Positions 50,030 to 60,101 of a stretch of DNA of 64,000 nucleotides are shown piece after piece. How positions within the stretch are numbered: position 1 is the stretch's first letter; every line of letters starts with the position of its first letter. The notes under the pieces were generated by a model. The model saw nothing but the letters and a program-made list of their open reading frames with translations. It was not told the DNA's origin and ran no database searches. Made by a program: the position numbers and the translations under genes. Origin of the DNA: an uncultured delta proteobacterium (GTDB taxonomy: Bacteria; Myxococcota_A; Polyangia; Polyangiales; JAFGIB01); NCBI GenBank assembly GCA_963778655.1, contig CAVZVA010000005.1, positions 256,001 through 320,000 of the forward strand, written 5' to 3'.

Positions 50030-51740
50030 GAACGCACCGATCTCGATTCGCGAGGCGTTTGCCGGCAAGCACGTGTTGCTGACCGGCGCTTCCGGTTTCC
50101 TGGGCAAGGTGTGGCTCGCGCTGATGCTCGAGCGCGTGCCCCAGGTCGCGCGCATCCACGTGCTGCTGAGGCCCAAGGCGCTGGTCTCGGCGCGCGGGCG
50201 CTTCGAGAAGATCATCAACACCTCGCCGGTGTTCGCGCCTTTGCACGAGCGCCTGGGACCCCGGCTGGGCGCCTTCCTCGCGCAGAAGGTCGAGGTGGTC
50301 GAGGGCGAGATCGGCGAGCCGGGCCTGGGCCTTTGCGAGGCCACCGTGCAGCGCTTGCAGCGCGAGCTGGACTTGGTGGTGCACTGCGCCGGCCTGGTCG
50401 ATTTCAATCCCGACCTGCGCAAGGCACTGGCGTCCAACGTGGACGGCACCCTCAACGTGGCCGCGTTCGTCGGAGCGAGCGACCGCGCGGCGCTGCTGCA
50501 CATCTCCACCTGCTACGTCGCGGGCCGCCGGCACGGCCACGTGGTGGAGGCCGCGCTGCCCGAATACGCGCCTGCGTGCCCGGGCTTCGACCCCGAGCAT
50601 GAGCTGCTCGAGGCGCGCGCGGCCGCGCGGCGCATCTGCGCCGAGCACGAGTCGGCCGAGCACGCGGAGCGGGTGCACGCCGAGGTCGAGGCGATGGTGC
50701 GCGAGCGGCGTCACGGCGATCACGCCAAGCTGGTGGCGAGCCTGACGCGGCGCCGTCTGCGCGACGGGCTCAAGCAGGCGCTGGTCGACGAGGGCATGCA
50801 GCGCGCGCAGCACCTGGGTTGGCCCAACACCTACACCTATACCAAGAGCATGGCCGAGTCGCTGCTGCTGCGACGGGGCGCGCGGTTGCGGCTTTCGATC
50901 CTGCGGCCGAGCATCGTCGAGAGCGCGTTCGAGTTCCCATTCCCGGGGTGGAACGAGAGCTTCAACGGCACCGCGCCTCTGGCCTATGTGATGGGCAGCT
51001 GGTTCCGGATGATCCCGGCGAGGCCCGACGCGCCCTTCGACGTGATTCCCGTCGACATGGTGTGCAAGGCGATGAGCGTCGCGGGGGCGGCGCTATTGCA
51101 GGGGCGCGCCGCGCCCGTGTACCACGTCGGCACCTCGGACCGACACCGCCTGTCGGTCGGACGCGCCGCCGAGCTGATCGTGCTGGCGCATCGCCGCTAC
51201 TATCGAGAGGCCGGTAGGACGCGCAACGAGCAGCTGCTGAAGTCGCGCTGGGATTCGATCCTGGTCGAGCCCGACGATCTGTTCGCGGTGCAGCGCAATC
51301 GGGCGCTGCTCGCGGGCGCACGCGAGGGGCTGGAGCTGCTGCCGGACAAGCTCGCGCGCAAGACCCACAAGTGGCTCGATCGCCTGGGCCATGCGGACAA
51401 GAAGCTCGAGCAGATCGAGCAGATGGTGCGCCTCTACCTGCCATTCATGTACGAGAGCTTCCACGTCTTCGAGAGTAAGGCGCTCGGGCGAACGCCCGCG
51501 CTTGAGCCCGAGCTGCGCTTCGAGCCCGAGCGGATCGACTGGCGGCGCTACTGGATCGAGGTGCACATGCCTGGGCTGCGGCGCTGGGCCTTCCCCCTGA
51601 TCGAGGGCCGTAAGCCCGAGCGCTATCGGCCGCGCCATCCGTTCGCGCTCGCGCCGGAGCCGAGCGTGGTCTCGCTCGAGCCGGGCGCGGTCGTGCCGGA
51701 GCCGCGGCGCCCGCCCGAAGCCCTGCTGACGGAGCGCTGA
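50022..51740 (+). CDS. Fatty acyl-CoA reductase (male-sterility/NAD_binding_4 type)
   Basis: LTGASGFLGK, HCAGLVDF, HISTCYV, GWPNTYTYTKSMAE, RPSIVES...PFPGW, DVIPVD, IDW..Y....H.PGL. Confidence 0.9.
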   Translation: MSENAPISIREAFAGKHVLLTGASGFLGKVWLALMLERVPQVARIHVLLRPKALVSARGRFEKIINTSPVFAPLHERLGPRLGAFLAQKVEVVEGEIGEPGLGLCEATVQRLQRELDLVVHCAGLVDFNPDLRKALASNVDGTLNVAAFVGASDRAALLHISTCYVAGRRHGHVVEAALPEYAPACPGFDPEHELLEARAAARRICAEHESAEHAERVHAEVEAMVRERRHGDHAKLVASLTRRRLRDGLKQALVDEGMQRAQHLGWPNTYTYTKSMAESLLLRRGARLRLSILRPSIVESAFEFPFPGWNESFNGTAPLAYVMGSWFRMIPARPDAPFDVIPVDMVCKAMSVAGAALLQGRAAPVYHVGTSDRHRLSVGRAAELIVLAHRRYYREAGRTRNEQLLKSRWDSILVEPDDLFAVQRNRALLAGAREGLELLPDKLARKTHKWLDRLGHADKKLEQIEQMVRLYLPFMYESFHVFESKALGRTPALEPELRFEPERIDWRRYWIEVHMPGLRRWAFPLIEGRKPERYRPRHPFALAPEPSVVSLEPGAVVPEPRRPPEALLTER

Positions 51741-52901
51741 ATGGCGATCTTCGTCACAGGCCCGACCGGCTACCTCGGCTCGTACGTGGTCTCCCGGCTG
51801 CTGCAGGCGCATCGCGAGCCGCTCTCGCTGCTGGTGCGCGCCCGGGATCGCGCCGAGGCCGAACGGCGGTTGTGGCGGTCGCTGCAACTGCACCTGCCGT
51901 TCGCGACCTTCGCCGAGCTGCTGCGCGCGCGGGTCGAAATCCACCTGGGCGACATCACCGAGCCGCGCTGCGGGCTCGAACCCTCCGCATACGCGCGCCT
52001 GGTGGCGAAGACCCAGTCGGTCATCCACGTCGCTGCCTCGCTGAACCGCCGCTCCGAGCGGCTGTGCCAGAACGTGAACCAGCGTGGCACGCTGGAGGTG
52101 ATCAGGCTGGCGCAGGCCGCGCACGCGCACCACGGATTGAGACGCTTCAGCGACGTGTCGACCACGGCTGTGGCGGGCGAGCGCAGCCACGAGCTGGTGC
52201 GCGAGGACGAGGCGATCGACTGGCAGCGGCGCGACTACGATCCCTACGCACGCACCAAGAAATTCTGCGAGCACATGATCGAAACGCTGCTGCCCGACGT
52301 GCCGTGCACGGTGTTCCGCCCGTCGACCGTGATCGGCGACAGCCGTTTCGGGGCGACCACCCAGTTCGACATGCTGCGCGCGGTGCTGGTGCTGGCGCGG
52401 ATGCGGGTGCTACCGCTGCACCCCGGCGCGCGGCACGACATCGTGCCGGCCGACTACGTCGGGCACGCGATCGCGGACATCCATCAACGCGAGACGCCCC
52501 GCCACCGCATCTATCACCTGAGCGCGGGCGAGCAGGCGGAGAGCCACCAGGAGCTGATGCAGCAGCTGCGCATCGCCGGGCGACCGCTGCCGCACGTGTT
52601 CGCGCCCGCGCTGGAGGCTCCGTTCGGTCGCGCGATGAGCGCGCTGGCGAGCACGCCGCGCAGGCTCGGGATCTCGGGACCCGCGTCGCTGCTCAAGGTG
52701 TTCTGGCCGTACGTGGTGTTCGACACCGTGTTCGACAACCGGCGCGTGGTGGAGGAGCTGGGCGCGGCGCCGCCGCCCTTCAGCGCGTATGCCCCCGCCG
52801 TGCTCGACTTCGCGCTGGAGCACGGCTTCAACTATCCCTATCGGCCCTGGCCCGAGGCGCGGGCGCTGCAGCAGGAGGAGGCGGCGACATGCTCGGCCTG
52901 A
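51741..52901 (+). CDS. Extended SDR / thioester reductase-like oxidoreductase
   Basis: [40 protein letters not shown]. Confidence 0.88.
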   Translation: MAIFVTGPTGYLGSYVVSRLLQAHREPLSLLVRARDRAEAERRLWRSLQLHLPFATFAELLRARVEIHLGDITEPRCGLEPSAYARLVAKTQSVIHVAASLNRRSERLCQNVNQRGTLEVIRLAQAAHAHHGLRRFSDVSTTAVAGERSHELVREDEAIDWQRRDYDPYARTKKFCEHMIETLLPDVPCTVFRPSTVIGDSRFGATTQFDMLRAVLVLARMRVLPLHPGARHDIVPADYVGHAIADIHQRETPRHRIYHLSAGEQAESHQELMQQLRIAGRPLPHVFAPALEAPFGRAMSALASTPRRLGISGPASLLKVFWPYVVFDTVFDNRRVVEELGAAPPPFSAYAPAVLDFALEHGFNYPYRPWPEARALQQEEAATCSA

Positions 52902-54343
52902 TCGAGGAGCTGGTCGGCAAGGCGACCGATCCCGACCGCGCGCTGATGCGGGTGATGGACTCGCTGATCGACGCAGCCGCAGTGCGCCACGCGCTCGACC
53001 GCGGCGGCCCGAGCTGGCGTCCGGGGGAGCCGCTCAAGCTGCTGCTGGCCGGCTATTCGGGCACGCGCAACACCGGCGCCGACGTGCGCGTGGAGGAGAT
53101 GATCCGCCAGCTGCGCGTGGTGCTCGGCGACGATCAGACCGAGCTCAGCATCCTGAGCATCGATCCCGCGCTCTCCGCAGGTTACTTCCGCGGCGTGCGT
53201 CAGGTGCGGCTGCCCACGCTGTATCCCAAGTTTCTGTTCGAAGAGTGCACCAAGCACCACGGCGTGGTCGCCTGCGAAGGCTCGATGTTCAAGTCGAAGT
53301 TCGCCAACGCGCTGTCGGTGATGATGGCGGGCGCACTGGGCTTGGCCGCGGTCGAGGGCAAGCTCAGCGTGGGCTATGGGGCGGAGGCGGGTGCGATGGA
53401 CGAACCGCTGCGTGATCTGGTGCGAAGGCGCTGCCGGCATTCGCTGATCATCTGCCGCAACGAGCCCTCGCGCGAGCTGCTCGACGCCATCGGCATCCGC
53501 ACCGAGGGCGGCACCGACACCGCTTGGACCTTCGATCCGGCCCCGCTCGCCAAGGGCGAGCAGATCCTGCGCGGCTGCGGCTGGGACGGCGCGCAGAAGC
53601 TGCTTGTGGTCTGCCCGATCAATCCGTCCTGGTGGCCGACCAAGCCGGACCTGCTGAAGGCGGTCGCGCATCGCTTCGGCGGACAGTTTCGCGCCGAGCG
53701 CTACAAGGCGTTCTACTTCCACCAGTGGTCGGAGCAGGCCGCCGAGGACTACGGGCGCTATCTCGACGGGCTGGCGGAGGCGGTCGACGCATTCGCGCAG
53801 GAAAGCGGCGCGTTCATCGCCGTCGTCGGCAGCGAGATGCTCGACCGGGCCGCGTGCGAGGATCTCGCGGCGCGGCTGGCGACGCCAGTGCCGGTGTTGT
53901 GCAGCGACCAGCTCGACATGTACGAGCTGGTGAGCGTGTTGCGCAACGCCTCGTTGATGGTGAGCTCGCGTTACCACGCCATCGTGACCTCGATGCCGGC
54001 CGGCGTGCCGTCGATCGGGGTCACGATGGACGAGCGCATCGCCAATCTCTTGAGCGACCGTGGCCATCCCGACCTGCTGCTGCGCTGCGACGACGATGCT
54101 CTGGGCGAAAAGCTGTTGCCCGCGCTGCGCCGGCTCGCGCGCGAGGCCGAGCGCGTGCGCCGCGAGACGCTGGCGTTCGTGCCGAGTCAGATCCGGCGCA
54201 TGGGAGAGATGGGCATGGCCTTCGCAGACGAGGCGCGGCGCGTATATCCGCAGCTCGGGCTGCCGGAGGTGCCGCGTAGCTTCGAGCACTTCTTGCCGCC
54301 ACTCTCGCCCGAGCTCGAGCGCCTGATGGGGGAGCACGCATGA
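52889..54343 (+). CDS. Polysaccharide pyruvyl transferase family (GT-B fold) protein
   Basis: [39 protein letters not shown].....VP.IG. Confidence 0.75.
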   Translation: MLGLIEELVGKATDPDRALMRVMDSLIDAAAVRHALDRGGPSWRPGEPLKLLLAGYSGTRNTGADVRVEEMIRQLRVVLGDDQTELSILSIDPALSAGYFRGVRQVRLPTLYPKFLFEECTKHHGVVACEGSMFKSKFANALSVMMAGALGLAAVEGKLSVGYGAEAGAMDEPLRDLVRRRCRHSLIICRNEPSRELLDAIGIRTEGGTDTAWTFDPAPLAKGEQILRGCGWDGAQKLLVVCPINPSWWPTKPDLLKAVAHRFGGQFRAERYKAFYFHQWSEQAAEDYGRYLDGLAEAVDAFAQESGAFIAVVGSEMLDRAACEDLAARLATPVPVLCSDQLDMYELVSVLRNASLMVSSRYHAIVTSMPAGVPSIGVTMDERIANLLSDRGHPDLLLRCDDDALGEKLLPALRRLAREAERVRRETLAFVPSQIRRMGEMGMAFADEARRVYPQLGLPEVPRSFEHFLPPLSPELERLMGEHA

Positions 54344-55971
54344 GCTTCGTGCAGGTCATCCTGGAGCGTTGCGCCGCGGCCGGCAGCCGGCCGGTGCTCT
54401 ACGAGGTGCGCGAGCATGAGCTGCGCGCGACCAGCGGGCGGGAGCTGCTGGCGAACGTTGCGCGCGTGCGCGCGTTTCTGCGCGCCGCGGGCGTGCGGCC
54501 CGGCGACCGGGTCGCGCTGCTCGGCGGCAACTCTGCGGCCTGGGTGGCGGTCGATCTGGCGGTGGTCGCGGAGGGCGCCATCTGCGTGCCGCTGTACGCC
54601 AGACAGGCCCCCGGGCAGCTCGCCTCCATGCTGCGCGATTGCAGCCCGGTGCTGCTGTGCGCGGCCGACGAACGGCTGGCGGCCACGATCGCGGCAGCCT
54701 GGACCGAGCACGGCCGCATCGCCGGCTACGCCGAGCTGTTCGCCGCCGAGCCGCTGCCCGAGTCGAGCCCTGTGCCCGCTCCGGATGGCGCGGTCACCCT
54801 GATCTACACCTCGGGCACCAGCGGCGAGCCCAAGGGTGTGGTGCTGGGCAGCGACAACGTCGAGCACATGCTGGGCGTGACGGTGCGCGAGCTGGGCAAG
54901 ATGTCGCGCCAGGAGCGTGCCGAGGACCGCGTGTTTCACTACCTGCCGTTCTGCTTCGCCGGCTCGCGCATCATGCTCTGGAGCCAGCTCCAGCGTGGTA
55001 ATCCGCTGATGATGAGCAGCGACCTCGACCAGCTGCAGCAGGAGCTTGCGACCGCGGCGCCGCACTACTTCATGAACGTGCCGGTGCTGCTCGAGCGCAT
55101 CCGCAACGGCGTGCAGCAGCGGCTGCGTGGTCTGGGACGCCTCGTGCACGCGCTGTATGCACGGGCCGCCGCGGCTTACGGCAGGCGCGAGCAAGGCGGC
55201 CGGCTCGATTGGCTCGATCGCGCGGCGCTGCAGCTGGCGGAGCGGGTGCTGTTTCCGCGCATCAAGCGCCTGATCGGGCCCAACCTCGAGTTCCTGGTGT
55301 GCGGCTCGGCGCCGCTCGGCGAGGAGACCCAGCGCTGGTTCCAGATGATCGGCATCCCTGTGTACCAGGTCTACGGTCTGACGGAGAGCACCGCGATCAT
55401 CACCATCGACGACACCCAGCACGTGGTGCCCGGGCGCGTCGGTCACGCCATCGACGGCTGCGAGCTTGCGTTGAGTCAGGCCGGAGACCTCTTGTGCCGC
55501 GGCCCCAACGTGTTTCGCGGCTACTGGCAGCGGCCCGAAGCCAGCGCCGAGGCGCTGCGTGACGGATGGCTGCACACCGGCGACCAGGCCGAGCTCGACG
55601 CCAGCGGCAACCTGCGCATCCTCGGGCGGGTCAAGGAGGTGCTGGTGCCGGAGTCCGGCCACAACGTGCCGCCGGCGCCGCTCGAGCAGCGCCTGCTCGA
55701 GGCCAGCGCCGCGCTGCAGCAGGCGATGGTGGTGGGCCACGGGCGCCCGTACCTGACCGCGGTCGTGACCGGCGCGGTCGAGGACGGCGAGCTGGAGCGG
55801 GTGCGCGACACGGTCAACGCGCAGCTTCCGCACTACATGCGCGTGCGCATGTTGTATCGCGCACCGGAGCCGTTCAGCGCGGAGAACGGCTTGCTCACGG
55901 CGAACCAGAAGCTCAAGCGCGCCGCGATCGAAGATCGCTACCGCGATGCGATCGAGCAGATGTACCGATGA
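54340..55971 (+). CDS. Long-chain fatty acid--CoA ligase (AMP-binding) 1
   Basis: YTSGTSGEPKG, YGLTE, TGD, GRVKE, NGLLTANQKLKR. Confidence 0.9.
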   Translation: MSFVQVILERCAAAGSRPVLYEVREHELRATSGRELLANVARVRAFLRAAGVRPGDRVALLGGNSAAWVAVDLAVVAEGAICVPLYARQAPGQLASMLRDCSPVLLCAADERLAATIAAAWTEHGRIAGYAELFAAEPLPESSPVPAPDGAVTLIYTSGTSGEPKGVVLGSDNVEHMLGVTVRELGKMSRQERAEDRVFHYLPFCFAGSRIMLWSQLQRGNPLMMSSDLDQLQQELATAAPHYFMNVPVLLERIRNGVQQRLRGLGRLVHALYARAAAAYGRREQGGRLDWLDRAALQLAERVLFPRIKRLIGPNLEFLVCGSAPLGEETQRWFQMIGIPVYQVYGLTESTAIITIDDTQHVVPGRVGHAIDGCELALSQAGDLLCRGPNVFRGYWQRPEASAEALRDGWLHTGDQAELDASGNLRILGRVKEVLVPESGHNVPPAPLEQRLLEASAALQQAMVVGHGRPYLTAVVTGAVEDGELERVRDTVNAQLPHYMRVRMLYRAPEPFSAENGLLTANQKLKRAAIEDRYRDAIEQMYR

Positions 55972-56756
55972 TCGATTGGACCGAGCAGGATGGGGTGTGG
56001 GAGCTGCGCCTGGCGCACGCTCCGCTCAACGAGATCGGTAGCGAGGTGCTGGATCGACTCGAGGGCTTTCTCGACCAGCTAGAGCGCGCGGCTCCGCGCG
56101 CCGTCCTCGTCCACAGCGTTCAGGCCGGCGGTTTTTGCGCCGGCGCCGATCTGCGGGAGCTGTACGCCGCGATCCGCAGGCGCGAGCCCGCCAGCTACCT
56201 GGGGGAGCTGGGCGGCTTTCTCGATCGCGTTCACGGGGTAATGGATCGGCTCGACGCGCTGCCGGTCACCACCGTGGGCGCGCTGCACGGGGTGTGCTTC
56301 GGCGGCGGCTTCGAGCTCGCGCTGGCGCTGGACGTGCTGGTGGCCGAGCCGAGCACGCGCTTCGGCTTTCCCGAGCTGCGCCTGGGCCTGATCCCGGGCT
56401 TCGGCGGCATCCCGCGGCTGCGGCGCGAGGTTCCCAACGCGCTGATCCGCGACCTGCTGCTGACCGGACGCAGCATCAATGCCAAGCGGGCGGCCGCGCT
56501 CGGGCTGGTGAGCCAGCTGGTGGCCAAGGGCGAGGCGCTCGGCGTGGCGCGCGAGGTGGCGCGGCAGGCGGCGCGCTTCGACGCCGAGGTGGTTGCAAGC
56601 GCGAAGGCGTTCGTCAAGCCGTTGCCGCGCGGGGAGCTGCTGGAGGAGAAGCGGCGCTTTCTCGAGCTGTTCGCGCAGCCGCGCGTGTGCGAGGCGCTGC
56701 GGCGCTTCGTCGAGAGCGACGACAAGATGCCCTATCTACCGCCGGGGGCGCTGTGA
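55968..56756 (+). CDS. Enoyl-CoA hydratase/isomerase family protein
   Basis: FCAGADL, GGGFELAL, PELRLGLIPG (both catalytic Glu positions present); ATGA overlap. Confidence 0.9.
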   Translation: MIDWTEQDGVWELRLAHAPLNEIGSEVLDRLEGFLDQLERAAPRAVLVHSVQAGGFCAGADLRELYAAIRRREPASYLGELGGFLDRVHGVMDRLDALPVTTVGALHGVCFGGGFELALALDVLVAEPSTRFGFPELRLGLIPGFGGIPRLRREVPNALIRDLLLTGRSINAKRAAALGLVSQLVAKGEALGVAREVARQAARFDAEVVASAKAFVKPLPRGELLEEKRRFLELFAQPRVCEALRRFVESDDKMPYLPPGAL

Positions 56757-58465
56757 TGCTCGACCTGTCGCGGCTGTCCTCGCTGGGCGAAGCCCTGCGC
56801 GACGCGGTCAGCACCTACAAGAGCAACGTCGCGTTGCTCGAGGCCGATCGCCACCGCGAGACCGCCCGCTACGGCTATCGCGAGCTGCGCGCACAGGCCG
56901 AGCGGGTTGCGGCGCTGTTGCGGGACGAAGGCTTCGAGCCGGGTGATCGCTGCGCCATCCTGATGTCGAACCAGAGCAAATGGGTGCTGAGCGGGATGGG
57001 CGCGCTTTGGGCCGGCGCGGTGCTGGTTCCGCTCGACTACAAGCTCACGCCAGCCGAGCAGCTCGAGCTGCTGGCGCACTGCCGGCCGCGCGTGCTGATC
57101 ATCGAGTACCCGGCGTGGCTCGCGCTGGCCGAGCAGTCCCGGGCGGCGGAGCTGCTGCGCGGGGTGCGCGTGCTGGTGACCGAGGCCGAGCCGGGGGGGG
57201 ATCTGGGAGCCGGCGAACGCTGGGAGTCCCAGCCGCGCTCAGCCTTTCGCTTTGTGCCCCGCAGTCGCGAGGATCTGGCGTGCATCGTGTATTCCTCCGG
57301 CACATCCGGCGCGCCCAAGGGTTGCATGCTGACGCACGACAACTACCTGGAGCAGGCGCAGGCGCTCGGGCGCATGTTTCCGATGGAGGAGAGCGATCGC
57401 TATTTCTCCGTGCTGCCCACCAACCACGCGATCGATTTCATGTGCGGGACGGTGATCCCGTTCCTGTTCGGCGCGGCGGTGGTGCACCAGCGCACACTGC
57501 GGGCCGAGCTGCTGGCGCCAACGATGAAGCGCTACGGCGTCACCCATACCGCGCTGGTGCCGCGCATCCTGCGCGCGATGCGCGAGCGTATCGTCGAGCA
57601 GCTCGACGCCCTTCCCGGCTGGCAGCGGCGCGCGATCGATTCGCTCGCGGCCGTGAACGACTTGGCGACGCAGCGCGTGCCGAGCCACGGCTTCTCGAGC
57701 AAGTTGCTCTACCCGATCCACGAGCGTTTCGGCGGCCGCCTGCGGCTGATCTTCGCGGGCGGCGCTTTCGTCGAGCCAGAGCTGGCGAGCTTCTTCTACA
57801 GGCTGGGCTTTCCGGTGGTGATCGGATACGGCTTGACCGAGGCGTGCACCGTGCTGACCGTGAATGACCTCAAGCCCTTTCGCGCCACCAGCGTGGGTCG
57901 CGCGGTGGCGGGCGTGACGCTGGAGCTGCGCGACGCGGGAACGGACGGGGTAGGGGAGATCTACGCGCGCGGCCGCACCGTGATGCGCGGCTACCTCCAC
58001 GCCCCGGAGCGCAGCGCGGAGGCGCTGGTCGACGGCTGGCTGCGCACGGGCGACCTCGGCGTGCTGGACGCCGCCGGCCACCTGCGGCTGCTCGGGCGCG
58101 CCAAGAACATGATCGTCACCGAGGGCGGCAAGAACGTCTACCCCGAGGACGTCGAGGCGGCGTTCGAGCAGGTCGAGTGTGAGGAGCTGTGCGTGTTCGC
58201 GGCGAGCTACTTGTGGCCCGAGCGCGGCCTGGGCGGCCAGCAGCTGACGCTGGTGGTGCGCCCGCGCAAGGGCCAGGCGCAGAGCGCGCTGCTCTCGCAG
58301 CTGGCGGCGGCCAACCTGCGGCTCGCCGACTACAAGCGTATTGCCAGCTACGTGATGTGGGCCAAGGAGATGCCGCGCACCGCGTCTATGAAGGTCAAGC
58401 GCGACGAGTTGGCGCGGCAAGTGCGTGCCATGGTCTCGTCCGGAGAGCTGCTGAAGGCATCGTAG
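56756..58465 (+). CDS. Long-chain fatty acid--CoA ligase (AMP-binding) 2
   Basis: YSSGTSGAPKG, LP..H, GYGLTE, TGD, GRAKN.I...GKNVYPE, RTASMKVKR. Confidence 0.9.
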   Translation: MLDLSRLSSLGEALRDAVSTYKSNVALLEADRHRETARYGYRELRAQAERVAALLRDEGFEPGDRCAILMSNQSKWVLSGMGALWAGAVLVPLDYKLTPAEQLELLAHCRPRVLIIEYPAWLALAEQSRAAELLRGVRVLVTEAEPGGDLGAGERWESQPRSAFRFVPRSREDLACIVYSSGTSGAPKGCMLTHDNYLEQAQALGRMFPMEESDRYFSVLPTNHAIDFMCGTVIPFLFGAAVVHQRTLRAELLAPTMKRYGVTHTALVPRILRAMRERIVEQLDALPGWQRRAIDSLAAVNDLATQRVPSHGFSSKLLYPIHERFGGRLRLIFAGGAFVEPELASFFYRLGFPVVIGYGLTEACTVLTVNDLKPFRATSVGRAVAGVTLELRDAGTDGVGEIYARGRTVMRGYLHAPERSAEALVDGWLRTGDLGVLDAAGHLRLLGRAKNMIVTEGGKNVYPEDVEAAFEQVECEELCVFAASYLWPERGLGGQQLTLVVRPRKGQAQSALLSQLAAANLRLADYKRIASYVMWAKEMPRTASMKVKRDELARQVRAMVSSGELLKAS

Positions 58466-58468
58466 GGA

Positions 58469-59374
58469 ATGGAGCGACGGCTACTCGCAATCGTCAACCC
58501 GGCCGCTGGCGGCGGCCGCTGCGCGCGGCTGGCGCCGGCCGCGCTCGCCCGGCTGCGCGCAGCGGGGCTGACGGTGGAGGAAGCCCGCACCAGCGCCGCG
58601 GGCGACGCGCGGCGCCTCGCCCGCGAGGCCTACGCGTGCGGGGTGCGCGAGTTGATCGCGGTCGGCGGCGACGGCACCGCCTACGAGATCGTCAACGGAC
58701 TGCTGCCGCAGGCGCTGGGCAGCGAGGCCGCGCAGCGGCCGTGCCTGGGCTTTCTTCCGCTTGGCACCGGCAACTCCTTTTTGCGCGACTTCGGCGGCGG
58801 GGCCGAGCGGGCGATCGAGGCCCTGGAGCAGGGGCGGCGCCGCGCCTGCGACGTGGTCCATCTGGTTCACGACGATGGCGAGCTGTATTACCTGAACCTG
58901 CTCAGCGTGGGGTTTGTGGCCGACGTCTGCGCCACCGCGAATCGGCGCTTCAAGCGCCTCGGCAGCGCGGGCTATGCGCTTGCGGTGCTGCTGCGCACCG
59001 CCGCGCTGCGGCCGCGGCCCATCGCCATGCGGGTGGACGGCGGAGCGCCTTGGGAGCAGTGGACCAGCTTCGTCTCGTTCTGCAACAGCCGCTACACCGG
59101 CGGCAGCATGATGATGGCTCCGTTTGCCGACACCGCGGACGGCAAGCTCGACTTGATCGTGGCCGGGCCGATGGGCCGGCCCGCGCTGCTGGCCGCTTTC
59201 CCGCGCATCTTCGCCGGCAGCCACGTACACATGCCCGCGATCGCCTGCTCGCAGGCGACGCGGGTCGAGCTCGACATACCGGGCCGGATCGATCTGATGA
59301 TCGACGGCGAGGTCGAGCAGCATGAGCCACGCCGGCTGGAGGTGGTGAAAGCAGCGATCGACGTGAGCGTGTGA
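58469..59374 (+). CDS. Diacylglycerol/sphingosine kinase family lipid kinase
   Basis: NPAAGGG, GGDGT..E..NG, PLGTGN.F, N..Y.GG, DG.LD, IDGE. Confidence 0.92.
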   Translation: MERRLLAIVNPAAGGGRCARLAPAALARLRAAGLTVEEARTSAAGDARRLAREAYACGVRELIAVGGDGTAYEIVNGLLPQALGSEAAQRPCLGFLPLGTGNSFLRDFGGGAERAIEALEQGRRRACDVVHLVHDDGELYYLNLLSVGFVADVCATANRRFKRLGSAGYALAVLLRTAALRPRPIAMRVDGGAPWEQWTSFVSFCNSRYTGGSMMMAPFADTADGKLDLIVAGPMGRPALLAAFPRIFAGSHVHMPAIACSQATRVELDIPGRIDLMIDGEVEQHEPRRLEVVKAAIDVSV

Positions 59375-59422
59375 GACCTTGCCACGAGCTCGAAGGTCGG
59401 GCGCGCGACCGAGGACCAGGGG

Positions 59423-60079
59423 ATGAGCGAAAAGTCAGACATCAAGGAGCCGGTCGACCGTAGGTCGGCCCGCGCCGAAGCCCAGCGCGGCCAGCGCAGG
59501 GACGCCATTCTCAAGGCCGCGGCGGTGCTGTTCAGCCGTCAGGGCTATCACGCCACCTCGGTCGCCGATGTGATCGCCGCAGCGGGCATCTCGCGCGGCA
59601 CGTTCTATCTCTACTTCGACAACAAGGACTCGCTCTTCCTCGAGCTGATGGAGCAGTTCATCAGGTCCATCACCGAGGTGGTCGAGGTGGTGGATCCGCA
59701 CGCACCCAATCCGACGCGCAAGATCTACGAGAACGTGCGGCGCGTGGTGGACGTGGTCTTCGACAATCAGGATCTGACGGTGATGGTGCTGCGCGAGGAT
59801 CTCGGCCTCAACCCCGAAGTGGACGAGCGGCTGGAGCGCTTCTACGGCTTCATGCGGGAGATGGTGCAGGGCGCGCTGGAGAACGGCGCACGGCTGCGGT
59901 TGATCCGCAAGGTCAACGAGCCGATCGTGGCCACGGCGCTGATCGGGGCGATCAAGGAGGTGTTCCTGCACCACCTGGTGATCGCGAAGGGCTCAGCGCC
60001 GACGCGCGAGTCCGTGGCCGAGTCTCTGCTCGATTTCGGGCTGCGCGGGCTGCTGCGCGTGCCCCTGGGCGAGGCCTGA
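59423..60079 (+). CDS. TetR/AcrR family transcriptional regulator
   Basis: IL.AA..LF...GY..TSV.D....AGISRGTFYLYF.NKD.L. Confidence 0.95.
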   Translation: MSEKSDIKEPVDRRSARAEAQRGQRRDAILKAAAVLFSRQGYHATSVADVIAAAGISRGTFYLYFDNKDSLFLELMEQFIRSITEVVEVVDPHAPNPTRKIYENVRRVVDVVFDNQDLTVMVLREDLGLNPEVDERLERFYGFMREMVQGALENGARLRLIRKVNEPIVATALIGAIKEVFLHHLVIAKGSAPTRESVAESLLDFGLRGLLRVPLGEA

Positions 60080-60101
60080 GCGATCGTTGCATAGTAACGG
60101 T

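Noticed and set aside
51872..58465. Apparent long N-terminal extensions or fusions (51872-54343, 55566-56756, 56135-58465)
   Set aside because: RBS and overlap patterns give starts at 52889, 55968 and 56756; there is no ElbD-like fusion.
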